DNA of 50,816 nucleotides from Basidiobolus ranarum (Eukaryota): NCBI GenBank assembly GCA_040143965.1, contig JASJQH010006892.1, positions 1 to 50,816 of the forward strand, read 5' to 3'. Shown piece by piece: positions 12,602 to 24,792 of this stretch (position 1 is its first letter; each line of letters starts with the position of its first letter). The notes under the pieces were generated by a model. It saw only the letters and a program-made list of their open reading frames with translations, ran no database searches and was not told where the DNA came from. The position numbers and the translations under genes were made by a program.

Positions 12602-13239
12602 GACTGTAATAATGTTTTAATGTTTCTACTTGATAATCGTTGAAAAGAAGTAAACGGTTAAAGTTATGTCTGACTAGGTTAATATTTGAGTGATTAGTTG
12701 AAGAGAGAAGACAGAATAGCGAATGCTGGGTAAAAGGTTTAAAGTGAGTTACTGATAGATTATGGATATATTATGAAAGAGGTAAAGGTAATAGAATTGC
12801 AGCTATTTGTTACCAACTGCACACTTCGCCTATACATTGAGTTGCTTTCTAAATTAGAAATAATTGAAATTCCCCATTCTGGAATTTCCTTAATTGTTTA
12901 ACATTTTCCTTAAACCTTTAATTAAGTTGGTAAGCTTTGATTGGTTGTTTTAACTAAATTTTGTAAATAATATCCCGAAATTTGGTTGGCTTGTCTACAC
13001 CCCAAGTCACTCTTTGACTTGTTATCGCCTGCATTTATATGACTCTTGCCCCAATTCCCACTTATGTAAGTCAACGTGCATCAAATATTTGAATAGACAA
13101 AGCGTCCAATTTCCACATATTTGATTAAGTAGACCTAATTTCTGCCATTTAAACGAATTATATTAAAGTCAAAAGAATTTTGGCAACCAGTAAATAACTG
13201 CCTCTTTCATTTTAAGCCACTGTCTTATAGTGATAAATC

Positions 13240-13319
13240 GTATCCTTTTAATGAGATTTAGCATCCATCAGTAGTAGAAGTATAGTCATTGTGATCCTTG
13301 ACGTTGACTTTCAATGTAG
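13240..13319 (+). other. U12-type (minor spliceosome) GT-AG intron in the RPL13 5'UTR
   Basis: 5' site GTATCCTTTT at 13240, branch TCCTTGAC at 13295-13302, TAG ending 13319, three bases before the ATG. Confidence 0.8.
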
Positions 13320-13322
13320 ACA

Positions 13323-14095
13323 ATGAAACACAATAATCAGTTGCCAAATAATCATTTCCGTAAGGATTGGCAATTGCGTGTCAAAACTTGGTTTGATCAA
13401 GCTGGTCGTAAGAAGCGTAGAAGACTTAATCGTGTCCAAAAGGCTGCTCGTATCGCTCCACGCCCTGTAGATGGTCTTCTTAGACCTGCTGTTAGATGTC
13501 CCACCATTAAATATAATACAAAGTTGAGAGCCGGTAAAGGCTTCACATTAGAAGAGTTAAAGGTATAGATATATATAGCTCATTTCGAGCTATTTCAGCA
13601 GTGTTCATGCTAAATATACGTAATTGGATGATAGGAAGCTGGTATTAGACGTAAAGAAGCTCTTACCATCGGCATTTCTGTTGACCATCGTCGTCACAAC
13701 AAATCTGAAGAGTCTCTTAAATTGAATGTACAACGTCTCAAGACATTCAAGGCTAAACTTATTGTTTTCCCCAAGAAGGCTGGTAAGGCCAAGAAGGGTG
13801 ATGGTGAGGTGGGTAGCACGATATTATTTACACGAACTTTAATTCTTGATATCTCTTACAAATCTCCACCCTACAGGTTTCTGAACTTGCCGAAGCTAAA
13901 CAAATCTCTGGACCTATTTTGCCTGTTACCCAGGTTTACATCAAAGAAAAGGCTCGTAAGATTACTGAAGAAGAGAAGAATAAGAGTGCTTATGCCACAC
14001 TTCGTTCGGTTCGCTCTGAACAACGTTATCGTGGTATTCGCGAGAAGCGCGCTAAACTCAAGGCCGAAGAGGAGGCTCAAAAGGTTAAGAAGTAA
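13323..14095 (+). CDS. RPL13: 60S ribosomal protein L13 (eL13)
   Basis: [43 protein letters not shown]. Introns at about 13563-13634 and 13809-13876. Confidence 0.97.
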
Positions 14096-14323
14096 TGTAG
14101 CATCATGTTATAATAATAAATCAGTTAATTTTGTTCAAATCAAATCACAATGGTTTCAACTGCAAGTTTTATTAAATGAGCTAAAAGTAGGTTATAGATT
14201 GATATAGAATGTCAACTAATGTGGTAAACGCGCCTCCTTTTGGGAAATTAAGTCACAAGTATTTGTGCCAAATTGAGTAGAATACGTGCTTGTGACGGTT
14301 ATCAGTGTAATTTTCATCTAGAA

Positions 14324-17166
14324 TTATTTGACATCAAGGTCGTTGAATTTTGCACTTGGTTTGTTAGCGATCATCATCTCACAATCTTCTGATATGGTTC
14401 TTTCTAATTGAATGTTCTTTGTTTCTTTTTTGCCCTCAACAAGATTGGTAGATTGAATAAGCGTCAATTTCTGATCACAAACCTTACTTTCTGATGAAGG
14501 CATACAGTTTAAATATTTCACGATAGCTCTAGATGTATTTTTGAATTCGGCGAGGGAATCTATATTATCCCCTTTCAATACGTATGTTGAGAGTATTCCA
14601 CTGTTCTTCAGCTTGTGATAGTTGACTTGGTTAGGCATAGTTATAGCGGAATTGCTCGGGAAGGTGCTGGTAGGACACTCATAGCAATGGTAAACAACAT
14701 GTGATAAATTGTCCTTTTGTTCTCGAAGTAGCTCTTGAATAGTGATATTCTCATCTTGGTACGTGATATGTCGCATCCTATTCAAAGAAAGATTGGTTCC
14801 GTCGACAGAATGGGTTAGCATTGAATATGTAGCCGAAATATCTAGAGTATCCGGGTGGTCCGAAGCTATAATAACATATAGGGTTCCATTTCGACAACTA
14901 GTACTAGGTTCCTCTTTTCTAAAACATTTGCTAATAGTTGAGACGCTATTGGCACCGTTGTAGTAAATAGTTGGTACTGATTTCGCTCGTAAAAATTCCT
15001 GGGATTTAGTAGCATTAGAGATTCTAGTTCTTATGGCAGCTTTGAATAGATATACATGTCGATGTACCAGTTCATTCTGAGAAAATAAAGTGAGAGCAGT
15101 AATATATACTATTTGTTTAGTGGGGTCACTCCTTGGGTTTTGTTTCACGGAGAGCTTCAAATGTATCAGATTAATATATCGTTGTTGAGAACACCCTGAT
15201 TGTCGCCTACACTCTTTAAGTAAGACAAGCGGTTGGATATAATAGTTTTGACGTCTGGTCGCATCTTCAGCACAAATTAGATATTTAACTGAGTCGTTGT
15301 TACTTAGCTGGAAATAGATGTCTTTTCCCTGTATATTGTAATACTCTAACTGCGTAAGGTTCTTGGTGATATATTCTTCAATCACTTGTGGTATTGTTCC
15401 CTCTATGAAGAAATAGCAATCAGTCACAATAGCTTCATGATTCAAAGGATACTTCAATTTACCTTGCAAGTTTCGATAGATCGTTGTATTACTTTCTAGT
15501 AATGGTAGATTAGGATTTTGTTGAAAAGCGAATTCTTGAATACGAAATAACTCTATAACGTTGTTGTGTGTCAAATATCCTCTGATTAACGCTTGAGCTT
15601 GAATTATCCTATCCTCTTCCATGTAATAGCGATTTAAAGTAACCACTTGTCCATACACATTATTATCCTGATTTTGTTTGTAGGAAGATCGATTTTGCTT
15701 GACTTGATGACCTGCCGAATTGCCATGAGCAGTTACTAACTCTTTTACTACTAGATGCTCACCCTTCTCGTAACAGTGTTTGTCTCGCTTCAAGTAGGTA
15801 CAAAAACTGGCTTGCATCTGGATGATATTTTTCACGTCGATTTGGTTGTTTCCTACGCATTTCGACTCATTATTGTGTAAAGGATTTCTAGTAATCACGC
15901 CACATGCCCATGACTGGATCTTTACGGTATTCTTACGGTAGATTGCGCGATATTCCTTATACAGGCGACGTCCGAGATAGCCCCGAATTATAGCTTGGCA
16001 TTTTTGAACCAAGAATTCCTTAGTTTTCCAGTAGCTTTCCTTTTCTAATCATTGTTAGATGGGTTTAAATTGAAAAGGAGATTTGGAATCAAGTAGATCA
16101 GTCAATCTACCTATTTTATGATGAAACTCAAGTTTCAGTAATTCTTGGGATAGAGTAACTTCGATATGTTTAAAAGATGGCATAGGTACACCGGTTCTTT
16201 CCAACCCTCTTTGTGCTGCTTGAAGTTGCTCCTCTGTAGCGCAAATACACATGAATATCAGCAAATGCATTTTGAACAACAGGTTGTAGGTCATATACCC
16301 GAAAAGTTAAGTTTGCCTATCAGATTGTTGACGCTAGGGCCACGGCCTTGCTGAAAGAGTAAATGACTAATGATGATCTAATCAGTTAAGAAAAGTTCCA
16401 AATCTCAAATTCCGAATTCCAAAAATTACCCAAGTGCATGTATGCAATATATCACTTTAGGAAGATTCTTGTTTTCGTACAAATCGGTAAGTTCAAAATG
16501 AAAGTTCTATTGATGCACCTGAGTTGGAAAATATTGTATGATATAGAGAGAACAGTGATTATCATACCTCAGGAAGGGCAATTTTTCGTATAGCCGCAAG
16601 AAAGAAGTTGATATTGTCGGAATGTCTATATTGTATCTTGGGATTCTATTTCATAAAAAGCTTAGTAAAAGGAAAATTTCCCATCAAACAGATAATCACC
16701 TCAAAGATTTTTTTTACACATGTGGGCTCGAAGGTTCGTGCTAGTTTAGCAATTATTACCCCATCCCGTAGGCTCTCTTCGATCTTATCGATGGGTGCTA
16801 TTTCTTCTTCTATACAGGCTTCGATCCATCTTAATCAGAAAAGGTTAACCGTGATATTCGCACGATATTGGGTGAGATTGAGATATAGTGAATAGTAATA
16901 TCTCACTGTTTTGCTTCTCCAATATGGCACAGATATTCGTATGCTTGGAGGTTACGTCTCTCTACCTCCATCCAAGCTGCGTTTCTTTGCGCTTGAAACG
17001 AGTCACCATTGATAGTTAAATGTTTTTGAAGCCTGACCCTTCGTTTCAGGCCTGTAGAAAATCCATCAGTTTAACTGACAGTAGCAAAGCTTGAACGACA
17101 CTTACCAACAACAGCGTCGAGTTCAGAAGGGATTAACACATTTGGAGTAATGATTTGAATAGCCAT
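14324..17166 (-). CDS. IQGAP-related protein (CH domain, IQ motifs, degenerate GAP-related region)
   Basis: LQAYEYLCHIGEAK-WIE, ESLRDGVIIAKLA, RHSDNINFF, FELTDLYENKNLPKVIYCIHAL (Iqg1/Rng2-type CH domain); IQ motifs CQAIIRGYLGRR and AQALIRGYL. An in-frame intron near 16111-16045 joins the two ORFs. Confidence 0.85.
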
Positions 17167-17521
17167 TTTACAGCATGGAGGAAATTTATCTACAAGTCTA
17201 AAGTATTCTAAATTCTATGATACAGAAATGTAAGCAAAGATGAGTGGAAAAGTGCTGAATATTTAATGAAAACTTTCGTGAATTGTTCATTGTTAACGAG
17301 TCATTCGGAAACTTTCAAAGTGGCTACGCTAGTATAATGGTGATGACCACTTGTTTATGCATTCATATTATGATAAGCGAACGAAAATGGACTGTCTAAT
17401 CGATCGAATCTTAATTTACTTGATCATACTTGAGATCAAAGGCTAGAGTTGTGTTCATATGGTTGTAACTGATGGGAGAGGGAGATGTAGGGGACAAAAT
17501 AGGGGATAAATTAGGGGGCAA

Positions 17522-19045
17522 TTAACTGACAAATACTGGGAGAGTAACTCTTCTCATTATAAAATTCTCGGTTATATGGCTCAAGGCCTTTTCAGTGATT
17601 ACCAGATCAAAAACATAGAGATGCTTTAACTTTGAGCAATTTTGTACAACTGTTTGAACCACAAAGTCACCGCATGATGGGGTGTTCGCAATCGGCTCAC
17701 CAAGTGCGATGTATTCTAACTGTGGTGAGGATTTGATGAAATCACATATCTCACCCGCAGGGAAGATCATTTTCCGAATATCCAGATGCTTCAAATTGTT
17801 TGCGAATCGAGTCATACTATGAACAGTCTCCGAATCTATGGTCTCATTGCCAACTTGATTGATTACCAATTTACGTAGGTTTGATCCAGAAACCTCAATG
17901 ATCTTACGCACACTGGAGCAACTCACATACGGTAGCTTACAGAGGTGTAATTCTTGGAGGTTCTTACACGCTTGAAAGATCGTTAGAAACTCTTTATCGC
18001 TCAAATTGAAGCAATCGTAAAATTTCAGAGATCTGAGATTGCTGAACTGTCCAATCTTCTCGAATCCATTTCTGCTTGGAATGTAATCAATGATGTGGAA
18101 TTCCCGAAGACTATGCTGGTGATGAGTCAAAAGAGCATCTATGGTTTCTGTCAACGGTGTATGTGCACCCTCGATATGCAGAGATTTTAGTGAGCCAGCT
18201 TCTTGAGCAGCAATAAGAGTAGCAATATCACTATCTTCTATTTTCTCAACCCAAGGGTCTAGATGAAGGCTAATTTTTTGAAAGTTGCGAGGTGATTGAC
18301 AGATGGTTTTCAAATGGATATCTTGCGTGCATGGAGAATTGGTAGGATCATATCTCCAAAGTAACTCCAGCTCCTGAAGACCTGATAATTTTGTATCAAG
18401 GAATATATCTTTTAAAGGAACCATTCCTCTCCAGACGAGCTTCCGAATGGTCTCAAGGTTTCTATTTCTAAAGATTTCCCATAGTTTTTGGGTGATCTTC
18501 TGATCCAACAGTGCTTCTTCCATCGTATAATTATTACACCATGCTGGCTTCGAAGTGGCATTGATCACACGTAGAGATTCTTGCAATCTGACTAGATTCA
18601 CCGTTCGAGCTAAGCTTAGATAAGAGTACAATGGTCTCTGATGGTTGTAACAGGAGTACCTGGTTGCCGCCAGTGAGTCTATACTCTCTTCGGAACCAAT
18701 TTGAGTGACCAGCCGTTGCAAAAACATAACTATCTTGGTCAGATAATCCACTGGAGGAATGCATATGGTGTCGATCTTTGAAAGACGTAGCTTTTCTTCG
18801 GTATTAAATCCATTTAAATCCGTACAACTTAAGTGGGTTCGAAGAAGCATGGCAATCCGAAGCTTAGATTCTTGATTATAAGGACTATTTTGTGGAATTA
18901 AACTCCAAGGATCTTTGTACAAATGAGACACGCCTATCAGAGACCAACCCCGTGATACCAAGCATGCGTTATATAGAGTGGCATAATCGTCATCCAACCA
19001 GCGTAATATGATTGGAAGGCAATCAAATGGAAGCTCCAGCCTCAT
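17522..19045 (-). CDS. F-box / leucine-rich repeat (RNI-like) protein
   Basis: Single 507-aa ORF. F-box-like LPFDCLPIILRWL..TLYNACLVSRGW and repeated LxxLxL..C units. Confidence 0.85.
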   Translation of the reverse strand: MRLELPFDCLPIILRWLDDDYATLYNACLVSRGWSLIGVSHLYKDPWSLIPQNSPYNQESKLRIAMLLRTHLSCTDLNGFNTEEKLRLSKIDTICIPPVDYLTKIVMFLQRLVTQIGSEESIDSLAATRYSCYNHQRPLYSYLSLARTVNLVRLQESLRVINATSKPAWCNNYTMEEALLDQKITQKLWEIFRNRNLETIRKLVWRGMVPLKDIFLDTKLSGLQELELLWRYDPTNSPCTQDIHLKTICQSPRNFQKISLHLDPWVEKIEDSDIATLIAAQEAGSLKSLHIEGAHTPLTETIDALLTHHQHSLREFHIIDYIPSRNGFEKIGQFSNLRSLKFYDCFNLSDKEFLTIFQACKNLQELHLCKLPYVSCSSVRKIIEVSGSNLRKLVINQVGNETIDSETVHSMTRFANNLKHLDIRKMIFPAGEICDFIKSSPQLEYIALGEPIANTPSCGDFVVQTVVQNCSKLKHLYVFDLVITEKALSHITENFIMRRVTLPVFVS

Positions 19046-21104
19046 ATTCAGTAGCGATATGTTGTCTAGGAAGGGGTTTTTCTAAGAGAAAGGAAAGATT
19101 GTCTAATACAAGAATACTGACAAGGAGAAGAGTGGATATGGTGGAAAGCGTAGGGAAGCGGTGCAAGAGGATTTACTCGAGTATATATGCAGATGGTAGT
19201 TGCTGAACACTCACAATGTCAAACAGAGAAAAAGGAGAGTAGAATGAGACATACGTCGAGGAGTATATAAGTGACAAATACACATACGTCTAGATGTGTA
19301 TAAGTGACAAATCCGATGCAAGCACCAGTACCAGTGCAAGTGTAAGCGCGAGTGTGAGTACGAGTGTGAGCGATATCGAGAACCCAAGATGAGATATCAA
19401 ACAATTTGTAAAGATAGTCTCAGTCAGAAGCTAATGTGACAAATGGTGATCATTGTCAATCGAAGGAAACGGACACAATGCATGCGATCCCTGAGATAAA
19501 GTGCCAGCACTATATATGTCCACCACTGCGTAACGTGCTCATTTTAGGCGTGATTTTGACTGAACTGATGGTTTGTGTCAGTTCAATATTGGCTTTCTTC
19601 GTATCACAGATTATAATATATTATGCACTAGCCGCATACTGAGTCATCTTCTCTAACCCTAGCCCTTCATTATTGCATGTTGACTTCACAAATGCCTCCT
19701 AAATTGACGCAACTGAGACAGAATCTGGTCCACTAATCAGAAGGCATTGATTCAAATTCACTCCCCCTTCATATGATGTGATTGGTCTTATAGCACACAG
19801 AGAATCAGTAGCAAATAGATGGACGATATCTTGTGCTGCTAGTACTAGTGCTAGTACTATTTTGTCAAAATGGGAAAATCCTAGTTGCGATCCTAGTTGC
19901 GATATAAAGCAGGCAGCGAATGCAGAACCATTATTGATGTATCTGAGATAGAAGCTTTGAGGTGTTAATAAAAAGGATTTTGAGGGAAATCATTTTTTTC
20001 ATGATGGTTTGCATATCATTCTAACCCTCAACTCTGATCAGCACTGAAAGCAAACTGAATATTTATTTAATGTGTGGTAAAAGCATTATGAAGAGAATAC
20101 ACTGATGACAGAATTACTCTCCACCCACTGATGACATTGACCAAGAATTACTCTTCACCCATTGACTCCAAATCTTAGATATTTGCCTTCGTATTACTTC
20201 ACGTTAGATTACAGTTTTTGAGGGATTCAGAATATACAAGGCATTACCTGACTTGTATATTACATTATCAAACGTAACCAAGGTCTGGAATATGATTACC
20301 CTGCATATTCTATGTAACTTACAGGTTATTGCCTCTCTTCAGCAACTTGCCCTTCCCCTTTCTTATTCCTGAGATCTAGCTCTAACGGCTATCCTTGTGT
20401 CATTGATCTATGTTTCTTCAATCAATACCTGATTTATCGACGCTAAAGCACAAGGATTGGGGCGATCTAGATGAATATTGTATTTTCATGGCGAAGTACA
20501 AATGTTTGATCGTGTACTCTATCCACCAGCGATTTTTACCAGTTTAAAACGAGCTCATTAGTATCTATATCTTAGCCAGTCACATAATCTATCTATTTTT
20601 TTAGACAAGACGAAGTTAATTCGGAGACCCCTATGTGGCAAAGCGGAGGCTTGAGCATCTTGGTTAAAACCAGAGGTGGTATTTATCTATTGCTTTAGGC
20701 TTCATCAGGCAGTGATCAAATTTCATCAAACTATCTGGGCTTTATGTTCTATATCTATATATACTTGAATGAATTCATCCGGATGCTTCCTTCAATCCAG
20801 AATATTTAAATCATATATGGGAGAATTCAATTTCCAAGTATCCAATAATTGAGGGCACTGACACAATCAAATTAGTAAAACACTTCCAAATAAGGATTAA
20901 TTGGTGAGGTTAATATTTCATTCACTTGAAGCGGTCATATGTACCACAGCCCAATCAGGTACTGTTGAGAGAAAATATTACGTTGAGAAAGCGCTCTCTG
21001 TATGGATGCCTGAATTTATTATACATTATGGTAAATTATTGGTAAAAATAGTGGACAAGAATATTCTGGTAGTAGTGCTTCTACACAGGAAACTGTTCTT
21101 CGTA

Positions 21105-21617
21105 TTAGTTACTTGTCTCTTTGGAAGACGCATTCTCCTCTTTAAAGAACTTCAACTGTGGTTGTGTGGATCTGGTTAATGTTAGCTCACTCGTTAGTTC
21201 ATTGCCAAAAGATGGCTTTTTAAGAATCAAACGTCGATTCTCCTGCCTCAATTTCGTCACTTCATTCTCTTTCTTCACAATAATCTGACGTAACGCGTGA
21301 GCAGTTAGCTTTGCCTGGGCTAATTCTCGTGATAAAGCACGGTTCTGCTCCAGCAGATAAGAGTTGTCAATACGTAGTCTGCATATTTCTAAGGGTGAAT
21401 TTTCTGCATCAACAGGACCAGCCTCTTGAGAAATGGTTTGTTCGCCTTGTGATGAACTAGTATCCGATGGAGTTGTGTGGTAGGGGTTTGCATTAAAGGT
21501 AGAGGGTGGGAGTAGGGATTTTTCAGAATTACGACTCGAATCTTGCACTAGTGTACGTGTTAGAGATAAAAAAGGAGAGAATCTTTGAGAGGAATGTACA
21601 CGCCGGCGATTTCTCAT
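21105..21617 (-). CDS. Hypothetical coiled-coil protein
   Basis: 170-aa ORF with a heptad segment LRIDNSYLLEQNRALSRELAQAKLTAHALRQ..LRQENRRL. Confidence 0.6.
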   Translation of the reverse strand: MRNRRRVHSSQRFSPFLSLTRTLVQDSSRNSEKSLLPPSTFNANPYHTTPSDTSSSQGEQTISQEAGPVDAENSPLEICRLRIDNSYLLEQNRALSRELAQAKLTAHALRQIIVKKENEVTKLRQENRRLILKKPSFGNELTSELTLTRSTQPQLKFFKEENASSKETSN

Positions 21618-22712
21618 GTTGCAAAATAAAGCACTTTATAAATCTACAGTTGAAAGGATGCGACGAAAGGAATTGATGAAATACGTTACAAAAGTAGAAT
21701 GATACTTGATGTGGTAGCTTCTTTTAAGAGATTGAGGTGGAACAAGTAAAGTGGAAATGGACCAGAGAGTCTAAATTGGTTTTTCGCCGGCGTCATACGA
21801 GAATAGAGAGAATAACTGGAATATTGTATTTTCACAAATTAGTATGTTTCAAAAATTGCTGACTGCATCAAAATATGTTGTTTCCCGCAGCAAGAAGATA
21901 TGGATATATATGTTCAAATTAAGTGATGGTTGTAGTAAAGGTAGGGTTTGTCACTATGATTGATCGAGTGAGATAGTTCAGAAGACTCCGTCATTATGCT
22001 TTAGCATCACAAGAAAGGAAATCGAGTTCAATTTCAAATGCACACACTTGTATATATGTACTGCTAGAGATACTTGTATAGATCATACTGCTAGAGACAC
22101 CCAGGTTTATATTACTGGAGATACCCAGACTGGCCCATCATAAACAAGAATAGGCCAGGAATAGATGCCGGCTCTTTCCATGTGTGACCAGTTTTCAGCT
22201 TAGATATGTTGTTTAGAGCCTGGCAAGTATTCCCCAATGATCCAGGAACACGGGCGGGTGGATACTTGAATCCAGAATACATGAGGTCAAGTTGATATTT
22301 TTCAGTTTGATCCAAAACATTAAGTTTAGGGTCAAAAACTAACTCATTCAAGCCTCTCAAGCCTCCAAAAGATTAAGGATAGGCCAGCACGAACATGTAT
22401 CATTAGAACAAATTAGTATCAACTCTTACATAGCATAATGTGCATGTCAAACATGATATCATGTCCTTTTAATAGACCCTATTCTGGACTTGCGAGAGGC
22501 GATAGGTCCATATCATGTGAATAATGTCACTTCCAATGCTAATTATCTCTTGTTGGGTGAAAATTGAGTTTTACTTGATCTGATATAAATTAAGATCAGA
22601 AAGATCCCTTTGCTTTCATTTTATGTTAAAATTACAATAATATAATCTTGGGTGAGAGCGAGCGAGAGCTTTAAGTAGGAAGGGACAAAAAAAGAGGTCA
22701 AGAAAGGAGGGC

Positions 22713-24090
22713 TCAGTATCTCGAGAACCAAAGGTAACGATCTTCTCGAATGTGACCATATAGCTCACCCATACGAATGGTAGCTTGGAATCCATGAGTG
22801 TGATTGGTAAGTTGAATTTTTGGCGATGGAGTGCATGTATTCCACATTGGATTGTCGGTGTTGAGTGCATATATATCGGCAGTAAATCTACCAGTCTGTT
22901 GATGATAGGCTTTTTGTGCTCGATATATTTGCATTAAAACAAAACGCGTATTGTATGATACATCTGGTTGAAAGCAGGCATCCTTTGTTTGATTCGAGAA
23001 ATAGACTGTGCCCCACCATTCTGGATTTTGGATGTCGTTGCTATATTGCGGCGACCAGGTATAATGGTATCTTTGTAGGTGTGCTGGGATGTGGGCCCTC
23101 CTTCGGCGTCTGCGACTTTCTTCCTCCCCACCCTCAACCGATTTTGGTGGCCAACCTGATCTAATTTTTGGGAATTACACTATTATTATGATGAGCTAGA
23201 ATACTAATAGATTTGCAAATACATACCTCATAAAATTAAAGTTTGAGTAGCCGTCTTCCTCGCCTGGCCCTCGCTTCACAATGTTTCTCAACCGGTGGAT
23301 AGGAATGGCCATTTCTACAGACCAATAGCTATTCAAATTCGGCTGACCATAATATATTTCATCTATAGAATGAACGACATGAACTTCATGAGAGGCGTAG
23401 GTTCGAATCTTGAAATCAGAGCCCAGATCCCATATTTTCTCGGTACCACCATCAGCAGGTGGCTTATTGAATTCGACGGCACGGTAAACTCCCAGTGGAT
23501 TCACTTGTATGCGCTTGTAATTGTGATTTGTTCTATCTACATCTAAATACATCTCGAAAGTGTTATCTACGAAATCTAAATGTAGAGAAATCATATTAAT
23601 ATTTAGTATCTTCAATCTTGAATATCTTCTTAGGTTCACCTTTTGAGTTAGAGTCAAGTCTGGTAGTATTAGCAGCAATGTAGGGATCAAATAGCATCGC
23701 ACCAATGTAAACAAATCGATCATCCCAAGTCACCTGTAAAATTCGGTTAGCTTGTTTAAAATCCACTCCACTCCCTTCATTACGCATTAAAGACCAAATC
23801 ATTACCTTCGTTCTTGTAAGCAAACTGATGGGAGGCGTTGGCCCATGTGGACCTTGAATATTACCAAAGTCTGAAGTGTATGCAGCGTTGTCCCATACGT
23901 CGTCAGTCAGTCTTCCATCGATAACAGGAGCTCGAAAAGCTTTTGGAGCAGGATAATGTTTCACTTCAGTAACCGAACAGTGTTTTTGGTGAATATTTCC
24001 ACTATGGTGGTTTGAACCCGTGTGTTGAGCATTAGTGAGCAAGCCCATGATACCAAAAATAATTGTGAAGTAGCCACCGAATACAGTCAT
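22713..24090 (-). CDS. Secreted CBM9-like (DOMON-like) carbohydrate-binding protein
   Basis: Signal peptide, APVIDGRLTDDVW, TKVTWDDRFVYIG, FEMYLD..IQVNPLG, WSVEMAIP, NFNFMR, YTWSPQ..PEWWG, LMQIYRAQKAY. Three GT-AG introns. Confidence 0.8.
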
Positions 24091-24792
24091 CGCCGTAATA
24101 CTTTCTATTAAAGTAAATATTAAGAATGAAAAATAGCTTGTTGTATCCAAAGAAAAGTGAGATGAGCCCTCAAGTAGTTCGCTACTTTTTCACAACAATG
24201 TTGAGGAAACTGTTTATAACCTTGTATATTAATATATAGAGCAAGTAGAAAAAGAAACTAAAAACCAAGTTCTGATTGAAATATGTCGAGCCAAGGAATC
24301 GAATGAGTTTTGAATAGTTCAAAAGGACATATTTAAGAAAGAGAAGCCCCCTATACTTGTCAAATATTATTTCGAAATAAGCTATTGAGCATTTAGTCAC
24401 TATGCAAGTTGGACAGCAGGTACACATATGTGGCTTCGTAAATAAATACGAACGTCACATTAATTGAGCAAAGAGTTAACTCTTGCTCTCCTCGGACTCC
24501 CTGAATATATTTACATGAATTTTCCTTTCAATTCGTATTTTAAGAATCCCATGCATATATTGTAAGTCATATTATTCATTTGCTCCATTTAGCATCCTGT
24601 AGGCACACTAGGAATTCTCCGAATTTGAAATGGCAAGAATACATGACTGAATCTATGATCCAAGCATAGAAGCATACAAAATAAAAAAAGAACAGTAATC
24701 AACCTAACTAGCATTTATAGACACGATTGAATGATATATAATACGATGCTCACCAAGGTTCTCTAAAATAACACTACAAAAGTTTTGATGAT

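Noticed and set aside
16013-16111. Apparent stop splitting the IQGAP gene (pseudogene?)
   Set aside because: The stop lies within a GT-AG intron with a CTAAC branch; splicing keeps the frame.
22112-22620. Minus-strand ORF with faint NAD-kinase-like words (ISIGSD, LNELVFD)
   Set aside because: The GGDGT motif is absent and no coherent gene model forms; at most a decayed remnant.
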